Source of the DNA: Nitrospirota bacterium
GTDB lineage: Bacteria > Nitrospirota > Nitrospiria > 2-01-FULL-66-17
Assembly: GCA_049325335.1 (NCBI GenBank)
Contig: JBMOMC010000007.1
Coordinates: 128,170 to 192,169, forward strand
DNA: 64,000 nucleotides
Direction of reading: 5' to 3'
The position numbers and the translations under genes were made by a program. Under the pieces are notes generated by a model. The model saw only the letters and a program-made list of their open reading frames with translations. It made no database searches and was not told the DNA's origin. Below are positions 10,185 through 20,283 of this stretch, piece by piece (position 1 is the stretch's first letter; every line of letters starts with the position of its first letter).

Positions 10185-11010
10185 GGGACTGCTCCTCCTT
10201 CTGATACACGATATCTCGGTTGAGATGCCGCAGGTTGAACGCGGTGCTGACGTTGATCAATGACTCCGAATGGCCCAAGAGCAGGTACCCGCCCGGGCGC
10301 AATCGGTTCCAAAACATCTCGATCACCCGTTTCTTCACGGGCAGGTCGAAATAAATGATGACGTTGCGGCACAGGATCACGTCCACCCTGGGCACCAAGG
10401 TCGCCCGCTCCGCGTCCGCCAGGTTAAACGCGAAAAAACTGACCATACGTTTGACCGAATCGTTGATACGAAACCCGCTCCCCTCGGCGTGAAAAAACCG
10501 CTCGCGATACTCCGGAGGCGTTGACCGAAACGATGAGGGCGGATACACCCCGCGCCGAGCCGTCTCCAACACGCGCTGGCTGATGTCGCTGGCGACGATC
10601 TCGATGTGCCAGTCCGCGTACTCCGGGTGGTTCGCCAGCGTCATGGCGATGGAATACGGTTCTTCCCCGGTCGACGACCCGGCGCTCCAGATCCGCAGAG
10701 TGCGATCCGTGCGCCGTTTCATCAACCCCGGAAGAATTTCGTTCCGGAGCGCCTGCAGTTGATGGTCTTCCCGGAAGAAATACGTTTCGTGAATCGTCAG
10801 CAGGTCGACGATCACCGCGAATTCTTCGGTCCGCCGCGCGTCGTACTTGAGGAACAAATACAGGTCTCGGAACCCGGACAACCGGAGCCGACGGAGGGTC
10901 TCCTGGAGACGATTTTCCATGAAGAACTTCGATTGGTCGTCCAGCCACACGCCGCAATGGTCATACAACATGTCCCGGAGCAGCTTGAAGACGTCGGCGC
11001 TGAGCGGAAT
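10171..11010 (-). CDS. cheR: chemotaxis protein methyltransferase CheR (start codon uncertain)
   Basis: CheR N-domain (LSADVFKLLRDMLYDHCGVWLDDQSKFFMENRLQETLRRLRLSGF) plus SAM-MTase domain (LRIWSAGSSTGEEPYSIAM...LCRNVIIYFD). No ATG/GTG/TTG lies between the upstream gene stop (~11057) and the conserved N-domain; the nearest in-frame candidates are ATT/ATC, or a GTG about 155 nt inside the upstream gene. Confidence 0.8.
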   Translation of the reverse strand: MPLSADVFKLLRDMLYDHCGVWLDDQSKFFMENRLQETLRRLRLSGFRDLYLFLKYDARRTEEFAVIVDLLTIHETYFFREDHQLQALRNEILPGLMKRRTDRTLRIWSAGSSTGEEPYSIAMTLANHPEYADWHIEIVASDISQRVLETARRGVYPPSSFRSTPPEYRERFFHAEGSGFRINDSVKRMVSFFAFNLADAERATLVPRVDVILCRNVIIYFDLPVKKRVIEMFWNRLRPGGYLLLGHSESLINVSTAFNLRHLNRDIVYQKEEQSRAAA

Positions 11011-11056
11011 TGAGACTTGTTCGATGGCGATCCCCCGTGGTGTGGTGTGTGCCGGG

Positions 11057-13084
11057 CTACGACGCCTCGTCCAACGCCATCGTGAGTTGCTCCACCGCGA
11101 AATGCGCGGACTCTCGAACCACGTGATCCGGATCTTGCGCCGCCAGCTCGCGCAGCCGCGGCAACGCGCGGGTGACCCGCGCGCGACCGAGCGCCACGGC
11201 CGACGCCGCACGAACCCCCCAATGCGCGTGGTCCAACATCGGGATGACCGGTTCCGCGATCTGCTCGCCGCCGATTTCACCCGCGGCCGCGATCGCGGCC
11301 TGTTTGACGTCCGGGTCGTTCGAGGAGAACAGCCGAATCATGGCCGGCAACGCCCCGCGAACCTTGCGCGTTCCCAGCGCGACGCAGACCGCGATTTGAA
11401 TCAATCCGACCGGATCATTCACCAGCAGCAGCAGCGTCTCTTCGATGCCCTCGGCGCCCCGCTCGCCCAACAACCGAATCACCTCGGCGCGGATCCAGAT
11501 ATCGGGATCATGCAACAGCGGCCGAATCAGGTCGTCGATCACGGCATCCCGTCGTCGGGCCAGAATCCGGATCATTTCGAGCCGCACGGTCGGGTCTTCG
11601 TCGTTTAAGGCCACGTGCGCCACGGTTCTCACGTCGCCGCCCAACGACTCCAACGCCGCCAGCCCGGTACGCCGGATCATGGGGTCCGGATCCTTCAGGT
11701 CCAACATCAGGCGGCCGTGCGCCTCGGGCGCTTGAAAGGCGCCGAGTAATCTCGCGGCGTAACAGTGGATCTCCACCGTGGAGCCGTCGAGCAGACCCAG
11801 CAGCCGAGACACCAGGCCGGGGCTCTTGAGCCGCGTTAAGGCGCGGTACGCGGCCTCTTGAACATTCGGGTACGGATCCGCCAACAACTGGAGTAAGGGA
11901 CGGACCCCCAGCGGGTCCGCCAGTTGCCCCAAGGCCGCGGCCGCGGCTTGGCGAACGTGGCCCTCGGGATCTCCCGTGAGTTCGACGAGTCCGTGAACGG
12001 CTTTCCGGTCGCCGATCTCCCCAAGCGCCCGCGCCACGTCTTCGCGCAGTCCGGCCGGGGCTCGCGGGATCACGGCCAATAATTTGGGCACGCCCTCGCG
12101 CTGCATGCGGACACACGCCGCCACCAGTTCCTCCCGACACGATTCGTCGTAGACCGCGGCGAGCGCGGCGATGGCTTGCACGTCGCCCATCCACCCCAAC
12201 ACCGTGATCGCGTTGCGTTTGACCGCCGCGTCGCCGCCAGCGAGGCTGTCCCGAAGGTATCGGCTCACCGGCTCGTCGTAGATTTCGCGCATACGACAGA
12301 TAATCTTGGTTTTCACGTCGGGCGGCATCCGACCGTACAACTCGATCACCGCACGCACGGCCACGTGGCGGACCTTCGACGACCCGAGTCGGATCGCCTG
12401 TGCCAAGGGATTCACCACCCGCCCATCGCCGATCCGTCCGAGCGCCTCCAATGCCGCGCGTTCCAACGTCGGTTTGCCGAGGCACCCGACCAGCGGTTCG
12501 ACCGCCCGCCCATCGCCGATTTCCTGTAAAGCTTTGACCGCGGAAAACTGCAGCAGGGGACGGCCCTGTCGCAACAGATCGGCCAACGGCTCCACCGCCC
12601 TGGGATCCCGCAGTTTCCCCAACGCCTCCACCGCCGCCATCGCCACATTCTCGTCGGTCTGGCCCACCAACCGCACCAGGACCGTGGTCGCGCGCCGATC
12701 ACCGATATCTCCCAGGATATCGACTACGAACTTCTGCACATCGGGTTCAGCGGAGGGCACCGCGGCCAAGAGCGCCGGAACCGCGGCGAGGCCGAAGCGC
12801 ACCAGCACTTCGGCGGCAGCGTTTCGCAACGACGCGTTGTCCGGATCGGCCACCCCCGCGATCAGATGCGGGGCCATGTCCGCACGCCATCCCAACCCGA
12901 CCAAGGCCTCGACCGCGGATTTCCGAACGCGCCACTCCGAGTCCCTGAGCGCGGTCAGCAGATCCGCCACGGCCTCGTACCCGCATCGGGCGAGGTCCGC
13001 GACCGCGGCCACCCGCTCTTCCATCTCGCCGCTCGCCAATCGCGCGCGGCAGGTCGTGACGTCTGACTGATGCGGCTCGGCCAT
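11057..13084 (-). CDS. HEAT-repeat (PBS-lyase-like) protein
   Basis: More than 15 tandem ~30-aa repeats of the form D.xVRxxAxxALGxIGDxRAVxPL. Start taken at MAEPHQ (13084); the ORF is open to 13222 but would then overlap the upstream gene by 119 nt. Confidence 0.7.
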   Translation of the reverse strand: MAEPHQSDVTTCRARLASGEMEERVAAVADLARCGYEAVADLLTALRDSEWRVRKSAVEALVGLGWRADMAPHLIAGVADPDNASLRNAAAEVLVRFGLAAVPALLAAVPSAEPDVQKFVVDILGDIGDRRATTVLVRLVGQTDENVAMAAVEALGKLRDPRAVEPLADLLRQGRPLLQFSAVKALQEIGDGRAVEPLVGCLGKPTLERAALEALGRIGDGRVVNPLAQAIRLGSSKVRHVAVRAVIELYGRMPPDVKTKIICRMREIYDEPVSRYLRDSLAGGDAAVKRNAITVLGWMGDVQAIAALAAVYDESCREELVAACVRMQREGVPKLLAVIPRAPAGLREDVARALGEIGDRKAVHGLVELTGDPEGHVRQAAAAALGQLADPLGVRPLLQLLADPYPNVQEAAYRALTRLKSPGLVSRLLGLLDGSTVEIHCYAARLLGAFQAPEAHGRLMLDLKDPDPMIRRTGLAALESLGGDVRTVAHVALNDEDPTVRLEMIRILARRRDAVIDDLIRPLLHDPDIWIRAEVIRLLGERGAEGIEETLLLLVNDPVGLIQIAVCVALGTRKVRGALPAMIRLFSSNDPDVKQAAIAAAGEIGGEQIAEPVIPMLDHAHWGVRAASAVALGRARVTRALPRLRELAAQDPDHVVRESAHFAVEQLTMALDEAS

Positions 13085-13103
13085 CGCGTCCCTCCCCCCG
13101 CGC

Positions 13104-14174
13104 CTACGCGGCCGCCTGACGATTGCGATTGAGCAATTCGCGCCGAGTCGCCACGAATTGTTCGAGCGTTTGCTGGAACAAATCCGCCGTCGCGGGAAAT
13201 GACGGGTCCCGCCGTTCTTCATAGAGACGCCGCCCTTCGTCGATCTCCGCGCGCAACAACTCGAAAAACGTCCCCTTCACCACTCCCTCGTCCACCTTCT
13301 TCGCGTTATACAGCGCAATGTCGGAAACGATGATGCGGGCCAGGCGCCGCGCGGCCTCCACCACCGGATCGTCGGTCTTGGACGCTGAGGGCGCCGGGGG
13401 TTGGACCGGCGGCATCGACGGTTCCTTGGCGACTGCGGGCGCCGGAGGAACCGTCGGCGCGCTCGGCGGCGCCACGCGCGACGCGGCGGGAGCCGACGGC
13501 TGGGGCCGCGCGCTGGGCGGCGGTACCGGCGCGGGCGCAACCGCTTTTGCGGCAACGGCCTGGGCCTCCGCGACTCGCTCCGGTTGATGGGGTTCGGGCG
13601 ACGGCTCCGAGGCCGAGGCCTCGCGTTCACACAAGGCTTTGACCTTGGTCACCAAATCCGTTTCGATCTGGTGTCGCTCGATGTAGTCGTCCGCGCCAAA
13701 GAGCTGACCCGGTTGGCGCCGGTACCGGTCCTTATTGTGAATCGCCGCGACCAGGATGATTTTCACCCCCGCAGTCGCGGCATTGTTCCGGATGCGCTCG
13801 CACACTTGGAACCCCATAATGTCCGACAGCCCCACGTCCACCAGGACCAACGCGGGCCGCGCGTCACTCACGCGAACCAAGGCGTCCGCGCCGGTGGCCG
13901 CTTCGATGACTTCGAACCCCGCTCCCGAGAGCAACTCGCCGATCAGTTCGCGCGTCGCCTCGCCCTGCAGCGCGACCACCACGCGTTGGCGCTGGTCGTT
14001 GGTCGGCGGCGACGGGGACGTCTCCGGGGCGGCCGCGGCGGCGGGGATCGCAAACGCCTCGATCCTGACCCGCAGCCCGCTCCGACATCCGGGACACGCC
14101 ACCACCGTGTGATCGGCCAGGGACGGGAGCGCGTAGCCGACTCCCGCGCCGCATTGTGCGCAGACGATGTTCAT
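13104..14174 (-). CDS. MJ0042-type zinc-ribbon + degenerate receiver-like domain + Pro/Ala-rich linker + C-terminal domain protein
   Basis: N-terminus [14 protein letters not shown]...[15 protein letters not shown] (CxxC...CxxC). Receiver-like fold ([18 protein letters not shown]...[16 protein letters not shown]...[10 protein letters not shown]) retains the phospho-Asp position but lacks the DD pair, Thr and Lys. Long [19 protein letters not shown]... linker follows. Confidence 0.6.
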   Translation of the reverse strand: MNIVCAQCGAGVGYALPSLADHTVVACPGCRSGLRVRIEAFAIPAAAAAPETSPSPPTNDQRQRVVVALQGEATRELIGELLSGAGFEVIEAATGADALVRVSDARPALVLVDVGLSDIMGFQVCERIRNNAATAGVKIILVAAIHNKDRYRRQPGQLFGADDYIERHQIETDLVTKVKALCEREASASEPSPEPHQPERVAEAQAVAAKAVAPAPVPPPSARPQPSAPAASRVAPPSAPTVPPAPAVAKEPSMPPVQPPAPSASKTDDPVVEAARRLARIIVSDIALYNAKKVDEGVVKGTFFELLRAEIDEGRRLYEERRDPSFPATADLFQQTLEQFVATRRELLNRNRQAAA

Positions 14175-16402
14175 GGGTTCTCCTTCGTGAGTTTAAAGCG
14201 GGAGACTTGTGCCTCCAGTTCCCTGGCCGCGGACAGCAGGCTGTCGACCGCCGCGGTCGTCCGATTCATCGCGTCCCGATTTTGATGACCGACGCGCCCG
14301 ATCGATGACACGGCGCCGACGATGGCTTCGCTTTCGGTTCGCCGTTGCCGAACGAACTCTTGGACCGTCTTGACCCGTTGGTTCGCGGATTCAATGACCT
14401 GGCTGACTTGTCGGTTCCCCTTGGCGTGTTCGGTCGCCGCGCGGGTCACGCGTTGCGACATCGCACGCGCCTCCTCGCTGACCCGCTCCACGTCCTCGAG
14501 CATGCGCGCCTGCGTGCGCGCCACCTCGATGAGGTGCGCCACCTGCGCGGTGACGGTCTGCATCTCCGCGTTGACCCGTTGCACGCCGCTCATTTGCTGA
14601 TCCGTTTCCCGCGCGATGTCCAAAATTCTCGTCGTGGAACTCTTCGCGCCCTCCAAAATCTTGTCCAACGCCGCCCGCGCGGCGCCCGACACCCGCACGC
14701 CTTCTTCCACACGGCTCGCGCTGTCCGCGATCGCCCGCACCGCGCCCGCGCCCTCGACCTGCAGCGCCGCAATAATGTCGTGGATCTCCTTGGTCGACGT
14801 CGCGGTCCGCTCCGCCAACTCCTTGATCTCGCCCGCGACCACCGCAAAGCCTTTGCCGTGTTCGCCCGCCTGCGCGGCGATGATCGCGGCGTTGAGGGCC
14901 AAGAGATTGGTCTGCTCGGCCACTTCGTCGATCACGCTCAGAATGCTCCCGATCGACTCGGTCCGCTGTTGGAGCCGTTGGATCACGGCCGACGCGTCGT
15001 CGGAAAACGCCTTGATGCGATGGATGCCGTCGATCGTTTGCGCCACGCATTCCTGCCCGTGTCGCGCGTCATCCCCTACGCGGTGTGACAGCTCCACCGT
15101 CGTGTGGATCTCGGCCCGGATCTGGGTCGTGGACTGCTCGATCGAATCCGCCGACGAGGCGGTGTCCGCCGCGGCTTTTGAGAGCACGCCCAACGCCGCC
15201 TCCGCCTGTCGGATCGATTCGGCCAGGATTTTCACCGAGTGTTGGGTGCCGGATGCCGCCCGCGCGTAACCGTCGGCGTCCCGGGCGATTTCCTCGGTCG
15301 ACGCCGTCATCTGCGCCGTCGCCGCGGTGCTCTCCTCGATCATGGTCGAGAGTCCGTCCATCCCGGAGCCGAGTTCCGTAATCGCTTCGTGCAGCTCGGT
15401 CGTGGATTGCAGGGTCGCCTCCACGTGGATCGCCTGCGATTCGATCCCGCTGTGCACCACGGCGGCGTCCCGCGCCAAATCGCGGCCCGAGGCGCCTACC
15501 GTGCGACTGACGTCGGACACCTTCCGGATAATGACCTCCAGCTTGTCCACGAACCGATTGAACCCTCCCGCCAAGTCGCCGATTTCATCGCGCGAGGATA
15601 ACTCCAACCGTCTGGTCAGATCCCCTTCCCCGTCGCTCACGTCGTTGATGCGCTCCACCACCCGATGGAGCGGACCGAACACGCCGCGCCGGAGCGAGAC
15701 CCGCAGCAGCAGCCCCACGATCGTGATGGTGCCGAACGCGCCCCACGCCATGTCGCGTCGATTCGCGCCGACCTCGTTCCACAACTGATCGGTCGCGGTG
15801 GAGATCATGAGGACTCCCCGCAACTTGTGGTCCGAACCGTGACACAGGTAACACCGTTGAAAATTCGGCAACGGCCGCAGGTAGGTCATCACCTCCCGGT
15901 CGTTGATCCGCTCAAAGTAATATTCGTCCTTCGCGTTGAGCGGGTCCGCCAGAATGCGGGTAAAGGCTTCGCGAAACGCCGGCGCCTCGACCCCGGTCGC
16001 GCGATTGGGCGAGACGTTGGGATGATCCGCCACCCACTCGGGGCGAATCGGCACGCGCGTTTTCACCTCTTCAATGGTCTTGAGGTCCATGAACCCCTGC
16101 TCGACGCCCAACCCGTCTTTTCCGCGCACGACCTGGATCCGGACGATTTCCGGCAATTCCTTGAGGTCGTCGAGCAAATGCCGCGCCATATCGGCGCGGA
16201 ACGCCACCATGTCTTTGTCGAACGCCAGGTGCACCGAAGCGGCCAGCAACCCCGCTTTCTCCCGCTCGTGGTTGATCAAATCGTGCCGCATCTTGGTCTG
16301 CAGGATCACGAAAATCGCGACAAACCCGACCACCAAGGTCGCCAACACCAGGGTGATGACCTTCGACGAAAGTTTCCGACCGGACTGGTTCGGCGCGCCC
16401 AT
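14171..16402 (-). CDS. methyl-accepting chemotaxis protein with periplasmic CXXCH (haem-c) sensor domain and HAMP
   Basis: TM1 ([20 protein letters not shown]), a ~190-aa periplasmic domain containing [13 protein letters not shown]2, HAMP, then the MCP signalling domain ([29 protein letters not shown]). Start at MGAPNQ (16402) gives a 1-nt overlap with the cheW stop. Confidence 0.85.
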   Translation of the reverse strand: MGAPNQSGRKLSSKVITLVLATLVVGFVAIFVILQTKMRHDLINHEREKAGLLAASVHLAFDKDMVAFRADMARHLLDDLKELPEIVRIQVVRGKDGLGVEQGFMDLKTIEEVKTRVPIRPEWVADHPNVSPNRATGVEAPAFREAFTRILADPLNAKDEYYFERINDREVMTYLRPLPNFQRCYLCHGSDHKLRGVLMISTATDQLWNEVGANRRDMAWGAFGTITIVGLLLRVSLRRGVFGPLHRVVERINDVSDGEGDLTRRLELSSRDEIGDLAGGFNRFVDKLEVIIRKVSDVSRTVGASGRDLARDAAVVHSGIESQAIHVEATLQSTTELHEAITELGSGMDGLSTMIEESTAATAQMTASTEEIARDADGYARAASGTQHSVKILAESIRQAEAALGVLSKAAADTASSADSIEQSTTQIRAEIHTTVELSHRVGDDARHGQECVAQTIDGIHRIKAFSDDASAVIQRLQQRTESIGSILSVIDEVAEQTNLLALNAAIIAAQAGEHGKGFAVVAGEIKELAERTATSTKEIHDIIAALQVEGAGAVRAIADSASRVEEGVRVSGAARAALDKILEGAKSSTTRILDIARETDQQMSGVQRVNAEMQTVTAQVAHLIEVARTQARMLEDVERVSEEARAMSQRVTRAATEHAKGNRQVSQVIESANQRVKTVQEFVRQRRTESEAIVGAVSSIGRVGHQNRDAMNRTTAAVDSLLSAARELEAQVSRFKLTKENP

Positions 16403-16872
16403 CACGCCACCTCGGACAACACGGCGAATTCCGCGGGTCCCAACACCGCGTCCAAATCCACGACCAGCAACAAGGCGTCCTTGACGCGACAGACGCCTCG
16501 ACACATCGTCCCGCCGTCGGCGTCCGACTTGCGCGCCTCAAAGTCGTCGGCATCCACGTCCAACACATCCGACACGCGATCCACGACCAACCCCAGCAGC
16601 CGCTCACCCAATCGCACGATCAAGATGTGCGCGGGACGCGTGCGCGCGCTCGCGGGGACGCCGAAACGTTCCCGCAGTTCGATCAACGGCAGCGTGGTGC
16701 CCCGAAGGTCCATCAACCCGTCGAGAAACGCCGGAGCGTGCGGCACCGGAACCGGCTCGCGGTAAAACACGATTTCGCGGATCCGTTCGATTTCGGTCAC
16801 GTACGGACGTTCGCCGATCTCCAAACACAGCAGTTTGCGGCGAACGTGCAGCGTTGCCAGCCGTCCCGCCAT
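16402..16872 (-). CDS. cheW: chemotaxis coupling protein CheW
   Basis: Single CheW domain ([23 protein letters not shown]...[21 protein letters not shown]). Stop/start overlaps with both flanking MCP genes. Confidence 0.9.
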   Translation of the reverse strand: MAGRLATLHVRRKLLCLEIGERPYVTEIERIREIVFYREPVPVPHAPAFLDGLMDLRGTTLPLIELRERFGVPASARTRPAHILIVRLGERLLGLVVDRVSDVLDVDADDFEARKSDADGGTMCRGVCRVKDALLLVVDLDAVLGPAEFAVLSEVA

Positions 16873-18986
16873 CAGGCCACCTTGAACCGATTGACCTCGG
16901 AGCGCAGCGTCTCGGCCTGCCGCACCAGTCCGTTCACGACCCCGCTCATTTGTTCCGCGACGGCCGCGCTGTCCTTCGAGACCATTTGAATTTCTTCGGC
17001 CGACTTCATGATGATTTCGCTGCCGCGCCGCTGTTCGCGGACGGCCGCGGCGATGTGTTGCACCCGATCGGTGACGTGTTCCACCGCCTGGGTAATCTGC
17101 TTGCTGCCCTTGGCCTGCTCTTCGGTGGACAACCGCACCTGCCTGGTGATATCCCGCATCCGCTCCGCGGCCTCGCGAATTTGTTCCGATCCCTTGCTTT
17201 GCTCCTGGGTGGCGCGCGAAATCTGATCGACCATCTGGGTGATCTGTCGCATGGACTCGGTCACTTGCCGGATTCCCTTGACCTGTTCGATCGTGGCCAG
17301 CTCGATGCCGCGGGCCATATTGGTGGACTGCGTGGAGCTCTCCAAAATCTTCTTGAGCGCCTCGCCGGCCTCCAGCGCCATCTTCATGCCCTCTTCCACC
17401 CGCACGTACCCGTCTTGAATCGCGGTGACCGCGTCGCGCGACTCCCCCTGCACCGCGCCGATGAGCTGCGCGATCTCCTTGGTGGACACCGAGGTCCGGT
17501 CCGCGAGATTTTTGATCTCATCCGCCACGACCGCGAACCCCTTGCCCTGTTCACCCGCCTGCGCCGCCAAGATGGCCGCATTGAGCGCCAGCAAGTTGGT
17601 CTGTTTGGTGACTTCGTCGATCACGGTCAGGATTTTGCCGATCTGGTCGGACCGTTGACCCAGTTGGTGGATGACGTCGGTGGTCTTTTTGACGGTTTCG
17701 CTGATTTTCTCCATGCTCGCGATGGTCTTGGTCACCGACAACATCCCGATTTCCGACGCCTCGCGCGTCACCCGTTCGGCCAACGAGGCCGACTGCTTCG
17801 CGTTTTGCTCGACTTCCTTCACCGACGCGTTGATCTCGGTCACCGCCGAGGCGGTTTCACCCGAGGCCGTGGACAACAACACCACGTTGCCGGCCACCTG
17901 TTTGATCGAAGCCGACATTTCAATAATGGCCGATGACGTCTCCTCCACCGACTTGGTCAGATCCACAGTGTTGGCCGCCACTTCGCTGATCGCCGCGCTC
18001 ATCTGTAAAATCGAGGACGAGGTGGCTTCCGACGCCGACGAGAGCACCTCGATCCCATCGCCGACCTCCCGCAGCGACGCGTTCATTTCCACCAACGAGG
18101 AGGAGGTCTTCTCCGTGGAAATCGATTGGATGTTGGCGCCCTCCGTGACTTTCCGGCTGTTGCCCGCGATGTGCTCCGACGCGGACGTCACCGCGTTCGC
18201 CGCGTCCTGCACTTTGCGAATCATGGCTTTCAGGCTCGACGCCATTTGATTGAACCCGCTCGCCAACACGCCGATTTCGTCGCGCGACGCGACCTCGATC
18301 GTCTGCGTAAAATCGCCGTCCGCCACGCGCGTGACCACCAACGCCATCCGCTCGATCGGCGCCATGTTCTTGCGCACGAAATACCACATCACCCCCATGC
18401 CGGCGCCGACCGTAAGCACGGTGATCAACACGCTCCACCACATAATGCTCGAGAGCTTCTTTTCCAATTCCCGAGGCGACAACGCCATCACCACGGTACC
18501 GATGCGGGCCTTCCCGCCCGAGCCGCCGGCCATGGCTTCTCCGGTGCTGAACAACACCGGCTCCACCACCATCAACAGCGTCTTGCCGTCCTTCTCCACC
18601 TGTTCGACGAATCCTTCGCTCGCCTGAACCGCCTTCACCGCGAGGGGATCGCTGTCGACTTCCTTACTGAAGTTGGCATCGCTGTGGACCCAGACAATCC
18701 CGCGCCCGTCGAGGATCTTGACGTACGCCACGTCGGTCTCGGTCATGATGCCCTTGATGTAACTGACCAGGCTCGACGAGTCGCCGATCGAAATGCCGTA
18801 CGTGCTGTTGTGGGCCAAGTTACTGGCCAGCGACACGCCGCGTTTGATCAGCGCCTCTTGCAGGAACTGCCCGGTCCTCGCCATCGACACCACGGTCAGC
18901 ACCACGGAGACGCTCAGCAAGAGGAGACTGGTAATGATGACGAACTTAAACCGCAGTCCGAACCGGATATTTCGTCGCTCCAACAT
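16872..18986 (-). CDS. methyl-accepting chemotaxis protein (2 TM, periplasmic sensor, HAMP)
   Basis: TM1 [21 protein letters not shown], a ~150-aa periplasmic domain without Cys, TM2 [25 protein letters not shown], and the MCP signalling domain ([25 protein letters not shown]). Confidence 0.85.
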   Translation of the reverse strand: MLERRNIRFGLRFKFVIITSLLLLSVSVVLTVVSMARTGQFLQEALIKRGVSLASNLAHNSTYGISIGDSSSLVSYIKGIMTETDVAYVKILDGRGIVWVHSDANFSKEVDSDPLAVKAVQASEGFVEQVEKDGKTLLMVVEPVLFSTGEAMAGGSGGKARIGTVVMALSPRELEKKLSSIMWWSVLITVLTVGAGMGVMWYFVRKNMAPIERMALVVTRVADGDFTQTIEVASRDEIGVLASGFNQMASSLKAMIRKVQDAANAVTSASEHIAGNSRKVTEGANIQSISTEKTSSSLVEMNASLREVGDGIEVLSSASEATSSSILQMSAAISEVAANTVDLTKSVEETSSAIIEMSASIKQVAGNVVLLSTASGETASAVTEINASVKEVEQNAKQSASLAERVTREASEIGMLSVTKTIASMEKISETVKKTTDVIHQLGQRSDQIGKILTVIDEVTKQTNLLALNAAILAAQAGEQGKGFAVVADEIKNLADRTSVSTKEIAQLIGAVQGESRDAVTAIQDGYVRVEEGMKMALEAGEALKKILESSTQSTNMARGIELATIEQVKGIRQVTESMRQITQMVDQISRATQEQSKGSEQIREAAERMRDITRQVRLSTEEQAKGSKQITQAVEHVTDRVQHIAAAVREQRRGSEIIMKSAEEIQMVSKDSAAVAEQMSGVVNGLVRQAETLRSEVNRFKVA

Positions 18987-19015
18987 ACGCTCCTCCCCCC
19001 ATACCGTTCATCCCG

Positions 19016-19768
19016 TTAGGCCGCGGCTCGCGCCGACGACGCGTCAACGGCCACGAGCCGCTCCAAATGCAAGACGCCGATCAATCGCTCGCGGTGCCGC
19101 AAGGTCGCGGTGACAAATCCCGCTTCGCGCTCCCCCATGGTCGTGGGCGGCGGACCCAGCGCATCGGCCTCGGCGTTGATGACCTCCGTCACGTGATCCA
19201 CCACCATGCCCACCGGCGCCCCGTCGATCACGACCACCACGATCCGGGACTTGGAGTCGTGGTCCCGCGCCGGCATGGATAATCGGCGACGCACGTCAAA
19301 AATCGGCACGATCGATCCCCGCAGCGAAATGATGCCCATTATGTTCGCCGGCCCTCGCGGGATCGGCGTGATGTCGGTCGGACGAATAATCTCCCGAACC
19401 GAACGAATCCACAGACAGTATTCTTCCGCGTCCAACGTGAACCCTAAAAATTCTTCGACGCGCGCCTCCGGCGCTTCGGAAACCGCCGCGCCGGACGACG
19501 GCTCCGCCGAACCACCGTACGGCGCTTCCACACGCTCCGGGGCCCCGTCCTGGCCATTCATCGGGCCGGCCGGCGGTGGCGCCTCGATCGCGATCGCGAC
19601 CGGCTCCGCAAGCACGGGCGGGTCCGGCTGGGCCGGCGCGGGGACTGACGCTGGTTCGGCCGCTGGCACCGGTTCGGCCACCGTCGTGCGCTCCCGGTTG
19701 ACCGGGCTCGTTGTCGCGCGCGTTCTCCGCCGTGACCGCGATTGGTGTGACGTGCGGGATCGCCTCAC
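19016..19768 (-). CDS. CheW-domain protein with Arg-rich / Pro-Ala-rich N-terminal extension
   Basis: C-terminal CheW fold (EEFLGFTLDAEEYCLWIRSVREIIRPTDITPIPRGPANIMGIISLRGSIVPIFDVRRRL...). The N-terminal ~100 aa are low-complexity. ATGA overlap with the upstream small MerR gene. Confidence 0.75.
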   Translation of the reverse strand: MRRSRTSHQSRSRRRTRATTSPVNRERTTVAEPVPAAEPASVPAPAQPDPPVLAEPVAIAIEAPPPAGPMNGQDGAPERVEAPYGGSAEPSSGAAVSEAPEARVEEFLGFTLDAEEYCLWIRSVREIIRPTDITPIPRGPANIMGIISLRGSIVPIFDVRRRLSMPARDHDSKSRIVVVVIDGAPVGMVVDHVTEVINAEADALGPPPTTMGEREAGFVTATLRHRERLIGVLHLERLVAVDASSARAAA

Positions 19769-20004
19769 GCCGCCTCCTGTCGCACCTTCTCGGCCGCGCG
19801 GCTGACCAGGAATCCTTCATCCGTCAACGCCTTGACCCGCTTGAGGATCCGAACGTCGTGGTCCGTGAATCGGCGGAACAATTTCACCCCGTGGCGTTCG
19901 CTGACCGGCGTCACCACCCCGATCAAGACCCAGTACTCGAGTTGCCGAGGGGACAGCCCGACCTGCCGACACACCTCATTGGGACCGCATAACCCCGTGC
20001 GCAT
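19765..20004 (-). CDS. DNA-binding-domain-only MerR-family protein (79 aa, BldC-like architecture)
   Basis: VCRQVGLSPRQLEYWVLIGVVTPVSERHGVKLFRRFTDHDVRILKRVKALTDEGFLVS is a MerR winged-HTH, about 45% identical over ~60 aa to the 2773..3255 MerR N-domain. No effector or dimerisation domain. Confidence 0.7.
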   Translation of the reverse strand: MRTGLCGPNEVCRQVGLSPRQLEYWVLIGVVTPVSERHGVKLFRRFTDHDVRILKRVKALTDEGFLVSRAAEKVRQEAA

Positions 20005-20017
20005 CTACCGCTCCATC

Positions 20018-20037
20018 ACATCCCACAGGCTTGTGGG
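20018..20037. promoter_or_regulatory. perfect inverted repeat ATCCCACA-N4-TGTGGGAT immediately upstream of the small MerR-like gene
   Basis: Sequence atcccacaggcttgtgggat lies 14-33 nt upstream of the ATG at 20004, inside a 280-bp non-coding gap within the otherwise tightly packed che cluster. Confidence 0.35.
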
Positions 20038-20283
20038 ATCGCACCGCGACTAGCAGCAAGGACCGTGCCGAGGTGCGATCTCCCTAGAGCCCATGGAACC
20101 GCGGAGGGGCGTGACCAGAGGTCGTTACGCGTCGTCGGTTGGGTAACGCGTCACCCGGTGCGTGCCAAAAATTGACGCAATGACCCAAAGACGTGACGGA
20201 GCGGACAGGACGCGGGGTGCGAAGAAACCTTCCTCGGGTCCCCGATCGTCGGGTCCTCGAGGGCAGCACGGAATCAGGCGGGC

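Noticed and set aside
11057-11280. HEAT-protein::CheR fusion via frameshift
   Set aside because: No slippery or homopolymer site at the junction, and the HEAT ORF has a clean stop. A non-canonical cheR start is the more economical explanation, though unresolved.
20155-20166. Sigma-54 -24 element TGGCAC on the minus strand inside the che-cluster gap
   Set aside because: No GC (-12 element) at the required spacing: TGGCACGCACCGGGTG versus the consensus TGGCACG-N4-TTGCA. Probably coincidental, despite the sigma-54 activator at the window start.
20005-20283. Possible tRNA or other RNA gene in the 280-bp gap downstream of cheA
   Set aside because: No T-loop (GTTCRANYC) or acceptor/CCA pattern visible. 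Interpreted as regulatory or UTR sequence.
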